A DNA stretch of 64,000 nt from Anolis carolinensis (GCF_035594765.1 NW_026943824.1:7706317-7770316), one strand, 5' to 3'. Shown: positions 51,101 to 64,000, counted from the stretch's first letter. Translations and numbers: made by a program. The notes: generated by a model not told the origin, from the sequence alone.

Positions 51101-51332
51101 GGTTGTTGTATGTCTTTCGGGCTGTGTGGCCATGTTCCAGAAGTATTCTCTCCTGACGTTTCGCCCACATCTATGGCAGGCATCCTCAGAGGTCCATACC
51201 TCACAACCTCTGAGAATACCTACCATAGATGTGGGCAAAAGGTCAGGAGAGAATACTTCTGGAACATGGCCATACAGCCAGAAAGACATACAACAACCCT
51301 GTGATCCCGGCCATGAAAGCCTTCGACATCAC
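51101..51332. mobile_element. Penelope-like palindromic remnant with a hammerhead motif (intact on minus, 51152-51192)
   Basis: Same family as 16146-16395; 13-bp TSD AGTTCAAGAACTG. More decayed copies at ~55615-55825 and ~59980-60070. Confidence 0.85.
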
Positions 51333-52329
51333 AGTTCAAGAACTGCCAAACTGCACCCACCTGACACATTTTGGTGCCTCTTAAGTTCTGTCTGTGCGAC
51401 CTATACACCTGTGGGTTGGACTACAACTCCCATCATCCCCTTCTCAGGGAGAAAAATCCAAATAATCAGATGATAGATGGATAGACGATAGATAGAGAGA
51501 TGAAACGAAGTGAACGTGGAGAGTTTTGAATGGGATGTGACTTTATTTCCACTCATTTCTATAGAGCTCAATCCCAGGCCTGCTAATGCAGGTTTCCCTG
51601 ATCTTGCACCCTCCAGACATGTTGGACTACAACTCCCATCACTCTCCAAATAAGGCCTGGTTTTAATAGAGCTTCTATAGGGCTGAATCCCAGACTTGCT
51701 AATGCAAGTTTCCCCGGTCTGGGGACTACAAACCCCATTGGCCACCTGGTATCTTTGCATTTCGAATCCCCTTTTTTTCCCACCACCTCACCTGTGCTCA
51801 CCTGGCACAACAGGTAAAGGTGTTCTTCTGGGGACGACTTCCTTCTCTCCAAAGGTGACCTTCTCCGATAGAAAGACAGGGTTGTTCTTGCCAAGGCTGG
51901 CGCCACAAATCTCCCAGCTTTTGCCCCGAGGATCCTGCCAACCAGTAAGAATTAAACCTCTCTCCAAAGTGTTTTCCTTTCAAGGTTGTCCTTCATTCGG
52001 CCACTCCAAAGGTGCCCCATGTTTCCAAAAATACTCCCTCCAACCCTGGCCTCGGAGGGTATCTTTCTCCCCTTCGATATTATTACATATTTGCACAGGT
52101 GTTCGAATTCCGTCAGGGAGATTTCAGAGGAAGAATGACGGAGAGATAAGGATTTTTCAGGATTTTCCATTGCAAAATAACGGAAAAATTCCAAATAATC
52201 AAATGTATAGTAATAAACAGGAGACAATGTGGAAAATTCAACTCAATATGCTTTTTATTGTCAATGGTTTTCACTCTATAGACTTTCTTAATACAGCTTT
52301 TTCTTAATTTGGCACCCTCCAGGTGGGTT

Positions 52330-53760
52330 GTACTACAACTCCCATCACTCTCCAAGCCAATATAGTAGCCCTGCTGGTTTAGAGAGGGAGAGTAGTCCAA
52401 CCCATCTGAAAAATATTGGGCTGAATGAGTCAATGCACAGAACAATCCTTTTTGGAGAGTGATGGGAGTCATAGTCCAACCCATCTGAAAAATATTGGGC
52501 TGAATGAGTCAATGCACAGAACAATCCTTTTTGGAGAGTGATGGGAGTCATAGTCCAACCCATCTGAAAAATATTGGGCTGAATGAGTCAATGCACAGAA
52601 CAATCCTTTTTGGAGAGTGATGTGAGTCATAGTCCAACCCATCTGAAAGGTATTGGGCTGAATGAGTCCATGCATAGAACAATCCTTTTTGGAGAGTGAT
52701 GGGAGTCATAGTCCAACCCATCTGAAAGGTATTGGGCTGAATGAGTCCATGCATAGAACAATCCTTTTTGGAGAGTGATGGGAGTCATAGTCCAACCCAT
52801 CTGAAAGGTATTAGGCTGAATGTGTCCATGCATAGAACAATCCTTTTTGGAGAGTGATGGGAGTCATAGTCCAACCCATCTGAAAGGTATTAGGCTGAAT
52901 GTGTCCATGCATAGAACAATCCTTTTTGGAGAGTGATGGGAGTCATAGTCCAACCCACCTGAAAGGTATTAGGCTGAATGAGTCCATGTATAGAGCAATC
53001 CTTTTCTTGAGAATGATGGGAGTCATAGTCCAACCCATCTGAAAGATATTGGATTGAATGAGTCCATGCATAAACTAATCCTTTTTTGAGAATGATGGGA
53101 GTCATAGTCCAACCCATCTGAAAGGTATTGGGCTGAATGAGTCCATGCATAGAACAATCCTTTTTGGAGAGTGATGGGAGTCATAGTCCAACCCATCTGA
53201 AAAATATTGGGCTGAATGAGTCCATGCATAAACCAATACTTTTTTGAAAATGATGGGAGTTGTAGTCCAACCCACCTGAAAGGTAATAGGCTGAATGAGT
53301 CCATGCATAGAACAATCCTTTTTGAAGAGTGATGGGATTCAAAGTCCAACCCATCTGAAAGATATTGGGCTGAATGAGTCCATGCATAGAACAATCCTTT
53401 TTGAAGAGTGATGGGAGTCATAGTCCAACCCATCTGAAAGATATTGGGCTGAATGAGTCCATGCATAGAACAATCCTTTTTGAAGAGTGATGGGAGTCAT
53501 AGTCCAACCCATCTGAAAGATATTGGGCTGAATGAGTCCATGCATAGAACAATCCTTTTTGGAGAATGATGGGAGTCATAGTCCAACCCTTCTGAAAGAT
53601 ATTGGGCTGAATGAGTCCATGCATAGAACAATCCTTTTCTGAGAATGATGGGAGTCATAGTCCAACCCTTCTGAAAGTTATTGGGTTGAATGATTCTATG
53701 CAAAAACCTATCTTTTTTGGAGAGTGATGGAAGTTGTAGTCTAACTCATATGGAAGGCAC
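52330..53760. repeat. 79-bp tandem satellite (~17 copies)
   Basis: Unit GAGTGATGGGAGTCATAGTCCAACCCATCTGAAAGRTATTGGGCTGAATGAGTCCATGCATAGAACAATCCTTTTTG; repeated ORF starts are spaced 79 bp apart. Confidence 0.96.
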
Positions 53761-53975
53761 TGAGCTGAATGAAGACCTATCATTGTATGTATCTTTCAAG
53801 TATATCTGGAACTACAACTCCCAGCATTCCTTACCATGGGCTCTTCTTGCCAGGGGAGGATGGGAGGCATCCAGAGGCCTATACAGTTCCGGGGAGCTTT
53901 TGCTCATCCACTTCCACACAGATTGACAAGAAGACATGGCTGAATCCACTCCAGGTTTTGGTCTGAACTGCAAAT

Positions 53976-54016
<41 letters not shown>

Positions 54017-54092
54017 CTTGGGAAGTGTCCAGCGTGTGATCCAATACAACAGCCAGCAGAGTGTCTGCTGTGGACTCACCTTGTTGTGCTTC

Positions 54093-54136
<44 letters not shown>

Positions 54137-54141
<5 letters not shown>

Positions 54142-55233
54142 CTGGACACATGTGGAACTGGACAATTTGGACAGAAAAACAAGAAAACTCATGACCATTC
54201 ATCATTCACTGCACCCCCGCAGTGATGTTGACCGGCTCTATCTGCCTAGAAGATCAGGGGCCAGAAGAACATGCCCTGGCAGAATATGTAAAGCAAAGTG
54301 AAGAACCTGCTTTGATTGAAGTCAAAAATCAGAAACTCCTCAAAGCACAACAGACAAAAAAACAGTACAAGAAAACCACACTACAAACTAGAGCTGACAG
54401 CTGGCACAACAAAACATTGCATGGAAAGTTCCTTGACAAAATTGAAGGAAAAGCTGATAAGGAGAAGACCTGGCTGTGGCTCACGAATGGGACCCTGAAG
54501 AAGGAGACAGAAGGCCTGATCCTTGCAGCCCAGGAGCAAGACATCAGGACAAAGGCAATTAAGGCCAAGATCGAAAAATCAGCTGATGACCCAAAATGCA
54601 GACTCTGCAAGGAAACCGACGAAACCATTGATCATATCCTCAGCTGCTGTAAGAAAATTGCACAGACAGACTACAAACAGAAGCACAACTATGTGGCCCA
54701 AATGATTCATTGGAACTTATGTCTCAAGTACCACCTCCCAGCAGTAAAGAACTGATGGGATCACAAACCTGCAAAAGTATTGGAAAATGAGCACGCAAAG
54801 ATACTGTGGGACTTCCGAATCCAGACTGACAAAGTTCTGGAACACAACACACCAGACATCACAGTTGTGGAAAAGAAAAAGGTTTGGATCATTGATGTCG
54901 CCATCCCAGGTGACAGTCGCATTGACGAAAAACAACAGGAAAAACTCAGCCGCTATCGGACCTCAAGATTGAACTTCAAAGACTCTGGAAGAAACCAGTG
55001 CAGGTGGTCCCGGTGGTAATGGGCACACTGGGTGCCGTGCCAAAAGATCTCAGCTGGCATTTGGAAACAATAGACATTGACAAAATTACGATCTGCCAGC
55101 TGCAAAAGGCCACCCTACTGGGATCTGCGCGCATCATCCGAAAATACATCACACAGTCCTGGACACTTGGGAAGTGTTCGACTTGTGATTTTGTGATACG
55201 AAATCCAGCATATCTATCTTGTTTGCTGTGTCA
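54137..55233 (+). mobile_element. R4/Rex6-clade retrotransposon, 5'-truncated
   Basis: Zinc knuckle + RLE domain, (TAA)n on both sides. A further short copy lies at 56043-56458. Confidence 0.93.
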
Positions 55234-55239
55234 TAATAA

Positions 55240-55289
<50 letters not shown>

Positions 55290-55989
55290 GAGAGAGGGGG
55301 GAGCTCTCCAATGTGCTGAATCCAACCAACCTTGGCAAAAGAATTCCAAATACAAAGCCTGAATGGGGTCAGCAATGTGACTTGGCCCTTGAATCGCTTG
55401 CCTTTATCTTGATCTTCAGGAGCATCTGTTCGGTTTCCAGATCCAGGAACAACAGCAGGAATCGCTTTCTCACTGAGCCAAAAGCGGGCCTTTTGCAAAG
55501 ATAACGGATCTCGCCAACTCAAGATCAAGGTTATTGACTGGCAATTACGAAAAGCTTTTAATTGGAATGGTTGTGGATTTTAACTCAGAATATGATGTCA
55601 AAAGCTTTCATCACTGGGTTGCTGTGAGTTTTCCAGTCTGTCTGGCCATGTTCCAGAAGCATTCTCTCCTGACCTTTCGCCCACATCTATGCCAGGCATC
55701 CTCAGTGGTTGCGAGATCCTCACAACCTCACAATCTCTGAGTATGCCTGCTATAGATGTGGACGAAATGTCAGGAGAGAATGCTTCTGGAACGTGGCCAT
55801 ACGCCTGGAAAACTCACAGCAACCCAACTTCGAATATGTTTTAATGGATTTTAAATGTGGTTTTAAAAAATACTGTTTATATTTAACTCTGTTTTCATGC
55901 TTCCATATTTGTAGGTTTTCAATTGTATCCTAATGCTTTTATGTCAAGCCGCTTTGAGTCCCCTTCAGAAGAGATAAAGTGGAGTATAA

Positions 55990-56044
<55 letters not shown>

Positions 56045-56639
56045 CCAGACTGACAAAGTTCTGGAACACAACACACCAGACATCACAGTTGTGGAAAAGA
56101 AAAAGGTTTGGATCATTGATGTCGCCATCCCAGGTGACAGTCGCATTGACGAAAAACAACAGGAAAAACTCAGCCGCTATAAGGACCTCAAGACTGAACT
56201 TCAAAGACTCTGGCAGAAACCAGTGCAGGTGGTCCCGGTGGTGATTGGCACGTTGGGTGCCGTGCCAAAAGACCTCAGCCGGCATTTGGAAACAATAGAC
56301 ATTGACAAAATCACGATCTGCCTACTGCAAAAGGCCACCCTACTGGGATCTGCACGCATCATCCGAAAATACATCACACAGTCCTGGACACTTGGGAAGT
56401 GTTTGACTTGTGATTTTGTGATACGAAATCCAGCATGTCTGTCTTGTTTGCTGTATCATAAAATAATAATAATAATAACAACAACACACTTTGTTTATTG
56501 TCGAAGGACTTAATGGCCGGAATCACTGGGTTGCTTCTTCCTTCCTGGGATTAAAATGAATTGGAGGGGGAGAGAGACACACACAAAGACTTTGCACATG
56601 TTCAGAGACACCTCAACGCTGAACCTATCCATCCAAGGG

Positions 56640-57050
56640 AAACCTCAAGCTCCGCCCCTCAATTAAGCCACGCCCCTTCTGCACAGAGTAGCCGATAGGT
56701 GTCGCTGTTTCGCACTCGCTAAAGCAGCCAATCAATGGCAGCCCTCGCCCCGCCGTGGCCGGAACGTCCTTTTTGGCCCTCGCGGGGCTCCGTCCGCCGT
56801 CGGGACTCGGCTCGTGGCGGGACGCGGAAGAGGTAGGGGCGGCTCGTGACGTCAGTTTCTTTCGAAGGGGAATGGGCTCCGCCGAGTCGACACGTGTACG
56901 GCGGGACCCGTATGAATGGGCCGCTCTCAGGAGAAGAAGGGCCGGCTGACACGGAAAGAAGACGGATCGGGGGGTGGGCGGGGCCAAGTCTGCAGGTTGG
57001 TCCCTTTTTCTGGGTTGGCATGTGAGGGAGGTGTTTGACACGCGTGTTGA
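56640..57050 (+). promoter_or_regulatory. CpG island promoter of INTS15 (divergent from DNASE1)
   Basis: CpG-dense, with GC boxes, CCAAT (56728-56732) and CRE TGACGTCA (56847-56854). The INTS15 ATG exon has an acceptor at 58002/58003, so a non-coding first exon is required, probably here. Confidence 0.75.
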
Positions 57051-57906
57051 AGTGGATTCATACGTGTAGAGAGAGAGAGAGCCCTTCATGGGCTTGACTC
57101 GTGTGAATAAGCAAGCCCTGCATAAATACACAGAAGGCCCCTTCCACACAGCTGTACAAGAATCCACATTGAAATTGATTATATTTATTTATATATTTAT
57201 TTATTTACTACATTTATATTCCGCTCTTCTCACCCCGAAGGGGACTCAGAGCGGCTTACAAATCAAATGAACATACAATATATTAATAGCATAGCACAAT
57301 ATAAGCAATAAATTGCTATATTGTACTATATCGTTATATGGTAATATTATTAGTAATATTACATTTAATATATAATACATACAGTAGAGTCTCGCTTATC
57401 CAAGCCTCTGGATTATCCAAGCCATTTTTGTAGTCAATGTTTTCAACATATCATGATATTTTGGTGCTAAATTCGTAAATACAGTAATTACAACATGCGT
57501 ATTGAACTACTTTTTCTGTCAAATTTGTTGTACAACATGATGTTTTGGTGCTTAATTTGTAAAATCAGAACCTAATTTGATGTTTAATAGGCTTTTCCTT
57601 AATCCCTCCTTATTATCCAAGATATTTGTTTATCCAAGCTTCTGCCGGCCCGTTTAGCTTGGATAAGTGAGACTCTACTGTAATTAATATTATTATATTG
57701 TATTATTAGTAGTATAATATTGTATTCCATTATAATATTATTATCAATATTATATGTATATACAATATGGCATTGTGGACTCAGATAATATTAGATGGCA
57801 TTGTGGACTCAGAATCAAGTTCAAAGCGGATATTGCGAATTATCTGCCTTGTTTTTCTGGGTTATATGGATGTGTGGAAAGGTCCTTAGCCAGCAGGACA
57901 TCCCTG

Positions 57907-57957
<51 letters not shown>

Positions 57958-58012
57958 CAGTGGTATCTCTTGGCCAACTGGACATCCCTCCTCTTCCTCC
58001 AGGATCAGCACC

Positions 58013-61000
58013 ATGAGTGACATCCGGCACTCACTGCTCCGCCGGGACGCCCTGAGCGCAGCCAAGGAGGTCCTCTACCACCTGGACATCTACTTCAGCA
58101 GTCAGCTCCAGAGTGTCCCACTGCCCATTGTGGACAAGGGCCCCATCGAGCTCCTAGAGGAATTTGTCTTCCAGGTCCCCAAAGAGCGCAGCGGCGGCGG
58201 CGGAGGAGGCAGCCAGACCAAAGTATATTTATATTTATAATTTTGATAATTATTTTTATTTATTTTTATTTTATTATTTATTTTTATTATTTTTATTTAT
58301 TTATTTGTAATATTTATAATTATTTTTATTGTGGTGTTTATTTATACCTCACTTTTTCTCTCCACAAAGAGAAAAAAAGCGGCTATTAGGGCCACTTTCA
58401 TCCATCTCCTGTGTCTATGGAGAGCAATGAGGGACCGAAGGAAGCCTGTAATACTCCCATTGTACAGAAGATCCCTGGCAGAAATGAAGAATATTATCTA
58501 AAACAATCATTTTTAGAGTGGCTACTTTTTATACAGCAGCTATAAAAATAAGGAGGCAGTTTGTGGGTGATTTTGGCAGATACAGTTTTAACTTACTCAT
58601 TTTATTCTCCATATCCACAGATTTTATAAGCATCATATATAAAGCCATGTAAATTGACTCCATATCATAGATTTTCTGCTTCGAATGTTGTGAATTTCTG
58701 GTCTGAATGTTAATACTTTTTAAAAAAAACAAAACCTATTTTTAATGTTTTAAAGTTTGAGACTCCTGGTCATTCAACATGTGAAGGGAGCACCTCAAGA
58801 GGCCTTATGTACAGATATGAGAGTCAGCATTAGGGACTCTTCTATCAAGTTAGGGAACTTTCTTTCAGAACACCGGAGAGTGACTGATTCTGTCTTCTCT
58901 CCTCTCAGAGGCTGAATTCGCTGCAGGAGCTGCAGCTGCTGGAGATTATGTGCAACTATTTCCAGGAGCAGAGCAAGGACTCTGTCCGGCAGATCATCTT
59001 CTCCTCACTCTTCAGTCCACAAGGGAACAAGGCAGATGATAGCCGGATGGCCCTCTTGGGCAAGTTAGTCTCCATGGCGATTGCCATCTGCAGGGTGCCT
59101 GTCCTGGAGTGTGCGGCTTCGTGGCTGCAGGTGAGAAACAGCAATTGACGCAAGTGTACATAAGCATGATATGTAACATGCTGATGTATCAGCCTCCTTT
59201 TCAAGAGCTGCCCCAAAGTTTTCTTTTTGGGACATGCATTCTGTACACACAAAGCTCTGAGTATGTCTGCCCTCCAGGGTTATTATTATTATTACTTATA
59301 TTTATCCACATGTTGCGGGACTGCGAAAAACTGCAATAATAATAATAATATAAATTTTATTTATTTATTTATTTATTTTACAGTACAGTAGAGTCTCACT
59401 TATCCAACATAAACGGGCCGGCAGAACGTTAGATAAGCGAATATGTTGGATAATAAGGAGGCATTAAGGAAAAGCCTATTAAACATCAAATTAGTTTATG
59501 ATTTTACAAATTAAGCACCAAAACATCATGTTATACAACAAATTTGACAGAAAAAGTAGTTCAATACGCAGTGATACTATGTAGTAATTACTGTATTTAT
59601 GAATTTAGCACCAAAATATCATGATATATTGAAAACATTGACTACAAAAATGCGTTGGACAATCCAGAATGTTGGATAAGCGAGTGTTGGATAAGTGAGA
59701 CTCTACTGTATTTATATTCCGCCCTTCTCACCTCGAAGGGGATTCAGGGCGGATCACATTACACATATAAGGCAAACATTCAATGCCTTCAAGGCCTCAA
59801 ACTCATGACCTCTTGGTCAGAGTAATTTATTGCAGCTGGCTGACTGCTCACCAGTCTGCGCCACAGCCTGGGCCCATTTATAACATTTATACCCCACTTT
59901 TTCTTTCCAGAAAGAGACTTAAAGTGGCTTACATTAAAATCTACAAATATACAAACATTAAAACAGAATTAAATATGGGACGAAACATCAGAAGGCAATG
60001 CTGCTAGAACATGGCCATACAGCCTGGAAAGCACACAACACTCCAGTAATTCTGACAGTGAAAGTCTTCAACAATACAGAATTAAATATCATTGGTATCA
60101 TTGTGACGGTTTGTGCTCTCTTTCAGCGGACGCCAGCTGTCTTCTGCGTCCGACTGGCCCAGGCCTTGGTGGAGGACTACTGCAGCCCTATGCCGGGCTC
60201 CATCCAGACCCTCAGGCAGATCTTCAGTGCCAGTCCCCGCTTCTGCTGCCAATTCATAACAGCGGTCACCATGCTCTTCGACATGTCCTCAGGTGCGTTC
60301 ATGTCTTCCCTTTCCTTGGAGATACATTCTTGCAGGAAAGAATATGATTCTCTGTATATTGCTGGTTTATCATCAGTAAACGTTTCTTTTTTATACCTAT
60401 ATTTTATATACCTATATACCCAAGACCACTTAGAAAGGGGTCACAAATATATTTCTGAGGCAGAAAGGGGTCGTGAGTTGAAAATGTTTAAGAAGCCTTT
60501 GTTTAATGCAGAGAGCATGGGAAATAAACAAGATGAACTTGAACTCTTAACCCAGGAGGGCATTTCTGAAACCTAGTGCAATGAATCTCCTGATTGGAAA
60601 GTAGTAATAGGAGGGGAGAACCTGGAATAGAATAGTAATGAGAGAGTAGAACACAAAATAAACAAACCCGAAGGAGAAAAAGCATTGTATGTCAAGGATG
60701 GGTGTATCTGTGGCTTTGAGCAAGGCTTCACTTTCTTTTCCAGACGACCTTGTGCCGCCTCCAGACCTGCTGGAGATGGTAGTTTCATGGATCTTCGAGG
60801 ACCCCCGCTTGATCCTCATCACCTTCCTGAACACCCCCATTGCGACCGGCCTCCCCATCGGGTTCCTGGAACTCACCCCACTTAGCGGCCTGATCCGGTG
60901 GTGCGTGAAGGCCCCGCTGGCCTACAAGAAGAGGAAACCCTCACCTTCCAGCACCCTCCTCAATGGGAAAGGGTCGGCCAAGGAGGCGCTCGAGGGCCCC

Positions 61001-61631
61001 GAGAAGCGGGACAGCCAGGCCTTGTACTCCAAGCTGCACCTCAGCGTCCTGCAAGTGCTGATGATGTTGCAGGGACACTTGTCTGAGAAGAACCTCTATG
61101 GGCTCCTGGGGCTGGTGCCCTTGGACCACGTGGTGTCATTGGTGGAGGATATTGGCCACCTGGCAGATGAACTCAACCCCCTCAATGCCTCCAAGGAAAC
61201 TGAGCTGGCCCTTGATCGGTTGGCCCAGGCCTTGCAGGTGGCCATGGCCTCCGGAGCCTTGCTCTGGACTAGAGGTAGGTATCTGACAGCAGATGGCAGG
61301 CATTGGGAAGAACATGGGGCACTGTGTGAGCAGAATAGGAATTGGGGCAAGGAGAGCTGCACTCTGTGTCAGGGAAAGGCACCAAGATGCCATCCTGAAG
61401 GGTCTTATTTTGGAATCTAAGTCTTTGGGTTGGAGGTCTATGCCAATAACCACTGTGTATAAGTTATACCCTTTGATCATTTGCTTTGGGATAAAAATAA
61501 ATTTTAAAGTATTTAAAGGGATGTAAGTGATAGAAAGCTCCCCCCAGCATTGTTTCTACATCCTTGCTCATTCTGTTCTCCCTGCTTTCAGAGGATCTGA
61601 GGACGGTGTGTTCCAGACTGCCACACAACAA
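58013..61631 (+). CDS. INTS15: Integrator complex subunit 15 (C7orf26), coding exons 1-5; last exon beyond window
   Basis: Exons 58013-58222, 58909-59130, 60127-60292, 60744-61274, 61592-61631. They splice to MSDIRHSLLRRDALSAAKEVLYHLDIYFSSQLQ...RLNSLQELQLLEIMCNYFQEQ...WIFEDPRLILITFLNTP...ALQVAMASGALL...DLRTVCSRLPHN. Confidence 0.95.
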
Positions 61632-61832
61632 GTAAGGAAATGCTAGCGTTTCAAACTACAGCTCTATTAATTCAAGTTGAAATGTGATTTGTCTTCTTTG
61701 CAGTGGGATCACATGTTCAATTTACGACTAGCAATAACCCCAAGTACCCTCTAGCCTTACCATGCCTTATCAACGCCTTGATTTCAGAAAGTAATGGCAT
61801 CCATTGCAAACATACACTTGAACCCCTTGTGT

Positions 61833-62096
61833 AGGGCCCCCCGTGGCCTAGTGGATTAAAGCCTCATGACTTGAAGGTTGGGTTGCTGACCTGAAGGTTG
61901 CCAGGTTTGAATCCCACCCGGGGAGAGTGTAGATGAGCTCCCTCTATCAGCTCCAGCTCCATGCGGGTACATGAGAGAAGCCTCCCACAAGGATAGTAAA
62001 ACATCAAAACATTCGGGTGTCCCCTGGGCAACATCCTTGCAGACGGCCAATTCTCTCACACCAGAAGCAACTCATGTTGCTCCTGACACAAAAAAA
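61833..62096 (+). mobile_element. tRNA-derived SINE (Anolis SINE2-like)
   Basis: A box GTGGCCTAGTGG, B box GGTTTGAATCCC, ends GCTCCTGACAC(A)n. Confidence 0.7.
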
Positions 62097-62623
62097 CCCC
62101 CCTTGTGTCTGAAGATCCCTAACCCTAACCCTTTTAGTTGATTATTACCTCACATATTAATGTTTAAATTAATGTCAGGTTTTGGGGCCAAAATTATGGA
62201 TTTTGATATGACCCGTAGATAAGTCAAGGGCTATTCTATGGAGAAGGGAAAGCAGCAATGCAGCCTCAGAGGGTTAGCTGCCCCTGGCTACCACTAGACA
62301 TTCAGAAAAGCCAGAAGCCATGCCAGGTTGAATAAAGTTGAAGGTGTCATTGCCTCTTTTAGGTTTTTCTGGGATGATAATGATGATTTAATAATAATAA
62401 TAATTTAAAAGTACGCCTGTTAGGAATTATGGGAGTTGAAGTTCAAAACACCCAGAGAGCCGAAGTTTGTCTATGCTTGGTTTAGAAACACCATCTACTG
62501 TTCTTTTGATTTTGTTTACTGTAGTGTATATTTTATTTTATTGTATTGTTTAATGCGTTATGATTTGTTGTTTTATATTGTATTGTTCTGGGCATGGCCC
62601 CATGTAAGCCGCCCCAAGTCCCT

Positions 62624-64000
62624 GTTGCGGAAGAAATGCAAGACTGTAATCCGGGAAACCAGCTTGAAAGCATCTGGATAAGAATCAAGGGAACCGGGAC
62701 TCAAAAAGATCTTGTCGTGGGTGTCTACTACAGACCTCCGAGTCAGGATGAAGGACTTGATGAAGCCTTCTGTCAACAGCTGACCAAACAGGCACAAAGA
62801 AGAGATATAGTAGTCATGGGCGATTTCAATTATCCCGATATCTGCTGGAAAACAAACTCAGCCAAGAGTACAAAGTCCAACAAATTCCTCACTTGCCTTG
62901 CAGATAATTTTATGGTCCAGAAGGTAGAAGAGGCAACAAGGGGATCAGCAACTCTTGATCTAATCTTAACAAATGTGGAAGACCTGATCAATACAGTTGA
63001 AGTGGTTGGATCCTTAGGGGCAAGTGACCATGTGCTCCTGCAGTTTGCAATACAAAGGAATGCTGAAACTAAGACAAGTCAAACACGCATTCTGGACTTT
63101 AAGAGAGCTGACTTCCAAAAAATGAAGGAATTACTGAGCGGCATTCCATGGACGCCGATATTAAAAAACAAGGGAGTTAAGGATGGATGGGAGTTTTTCA
63201 AAAGTGAAATACTCAAGGCGCAAATGCAAACGGTGCCAACAAAGAAGAAAAATAAGACAAGTGCAAAGAAGCCAGAATGGATGTCCAAAGAACTTCTAAC
63301 TGAGCTAAAGCTCAAAAGTGACATGCACAAGAAGTGGAAAAGGGGAGAAATCACCAAAGAAGAATTCAAACGTATAGCCAACTCCTGTAGGGAAAAGGTT
63401 CGCAAGGCTAAAGCGCAAAATGAGCTCAGGCTTGCCAGGGACATAAAAAACAACAAAAAAGGTTTTTTTGCTTACGTTGGTAGAAAAAGGAAGAAAAAGG
63501 AGGCAATAGGGCCACTGCAAGGAGAAGATGGGGTGATGGTGACAGGGGATAGGGAAAAGGCAGAACTGCTTAATGCCTTCTTTGCCTCGGTCTTCTCACA
63601 AAAAGAAAGCCATCTTCAACCTCAGCAACATGGAATGGACGAAGGATTGGGGGAAATCCAACCCCAAATAGGGAAACAAGTTGTCCAGGAACACCTGGCC
63701 ACTCTAAACGAATTCAAGTCGCCAGGGCCAGATCAGCTACATCCAAGAGTATTGAAGGAACTAGCGGAAGTTATTTCAGAACCACTGGCAATCATCTTCG
63801 AGAGTTCTTGGAGAACAGGAGATGTCCCAGCAGATTGGAGGAGGGCGAATGTGGTCCCTATCTTCAAGAAGGGAAAAAAGAACGACCCAAACAATTACCG
63901 TCCGGTCAGCCTCACATCAATACCAGGCAAGATTCTGGAAAAGATCATTAAGGAAGTGGTCTGCAAACACTTAGAAACAAATGCGGTCATTGCTAATAGT
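62624..64000 (+). mobile_element. CR1 LINE ORF2 (APE endonuclease C-half + start of RT), 5'-truncated, runs off window
   Basis: Reading frame ESIWIRIKG..VGVYYRPP..VMGDFNYPDICW..LDLILTN..GASDH, then WRRANVVPIFKKGKKNDPNNYRPVSLTSIPGKILEKII. Absent from the ORF track, consistent with no stop before the window end. Confidence 0.95.

Noticed and set aside
61833-61925. tRNA gene
   Set aside because: A and B boxes are present but continue into a SINE body and A-tail; no convincing cloverleaf.
62117-62131. Interstitial telomeric repeat CCCTAACCCTAACCC
   Set aside because: Only 2.5 units; too short to be meaningful.
62810-63035. A third DNase I-like gene (GDFN and SDH motifs)
   Set aside because: These motifs belong to the CR1 APE endonuclease, which shares the DNase I fold. 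The segment is intronless and continues into reverse transcriptase.

Overview
Vertebrate genomic DNA. The repeat content (Sauria SINE, R4/Rex6, Penelope with hammerheads, CR1, RTE, Helitrons, mariner and hAT MITEs) points to a squamate, most likely an Anolis lizard. I reconstructed five spliced genes by hand from GT-AG sites and recognisable protein sequence: PARN (minus, 5' exons 1-6), ECI1 (plus, complete), DNASE1L2 (minus, complete), DNASE1 (minus, complete, in tandem with DNASE1L2) and INTS15/C7orf26 (plus, last exon beyond the window). Most ORFs in the supplied track are transposon fragments or microsatellite artefacts. I found no wholly new gene system. The most notable observations are: (1) a 113-bp satellite of paired ZNF143/THAP11-type motifs wedged between the divergent PARN and ECI1 promoters; (2) an R4 retrotransposon copy with twin-priming geometry that preserves the element's structured 5' leader; (3) palindromic Penelope elements carrying hammerhead ribozyme motifs; (4) an identical inverted MITE pair bracketing a catalytic DNASE1L2 exon; (5) loss of the Ca2+ site II ligands in DNASE1L2. 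Comparisons to human, bovine or chicken proteins are from memory, not from a database search.
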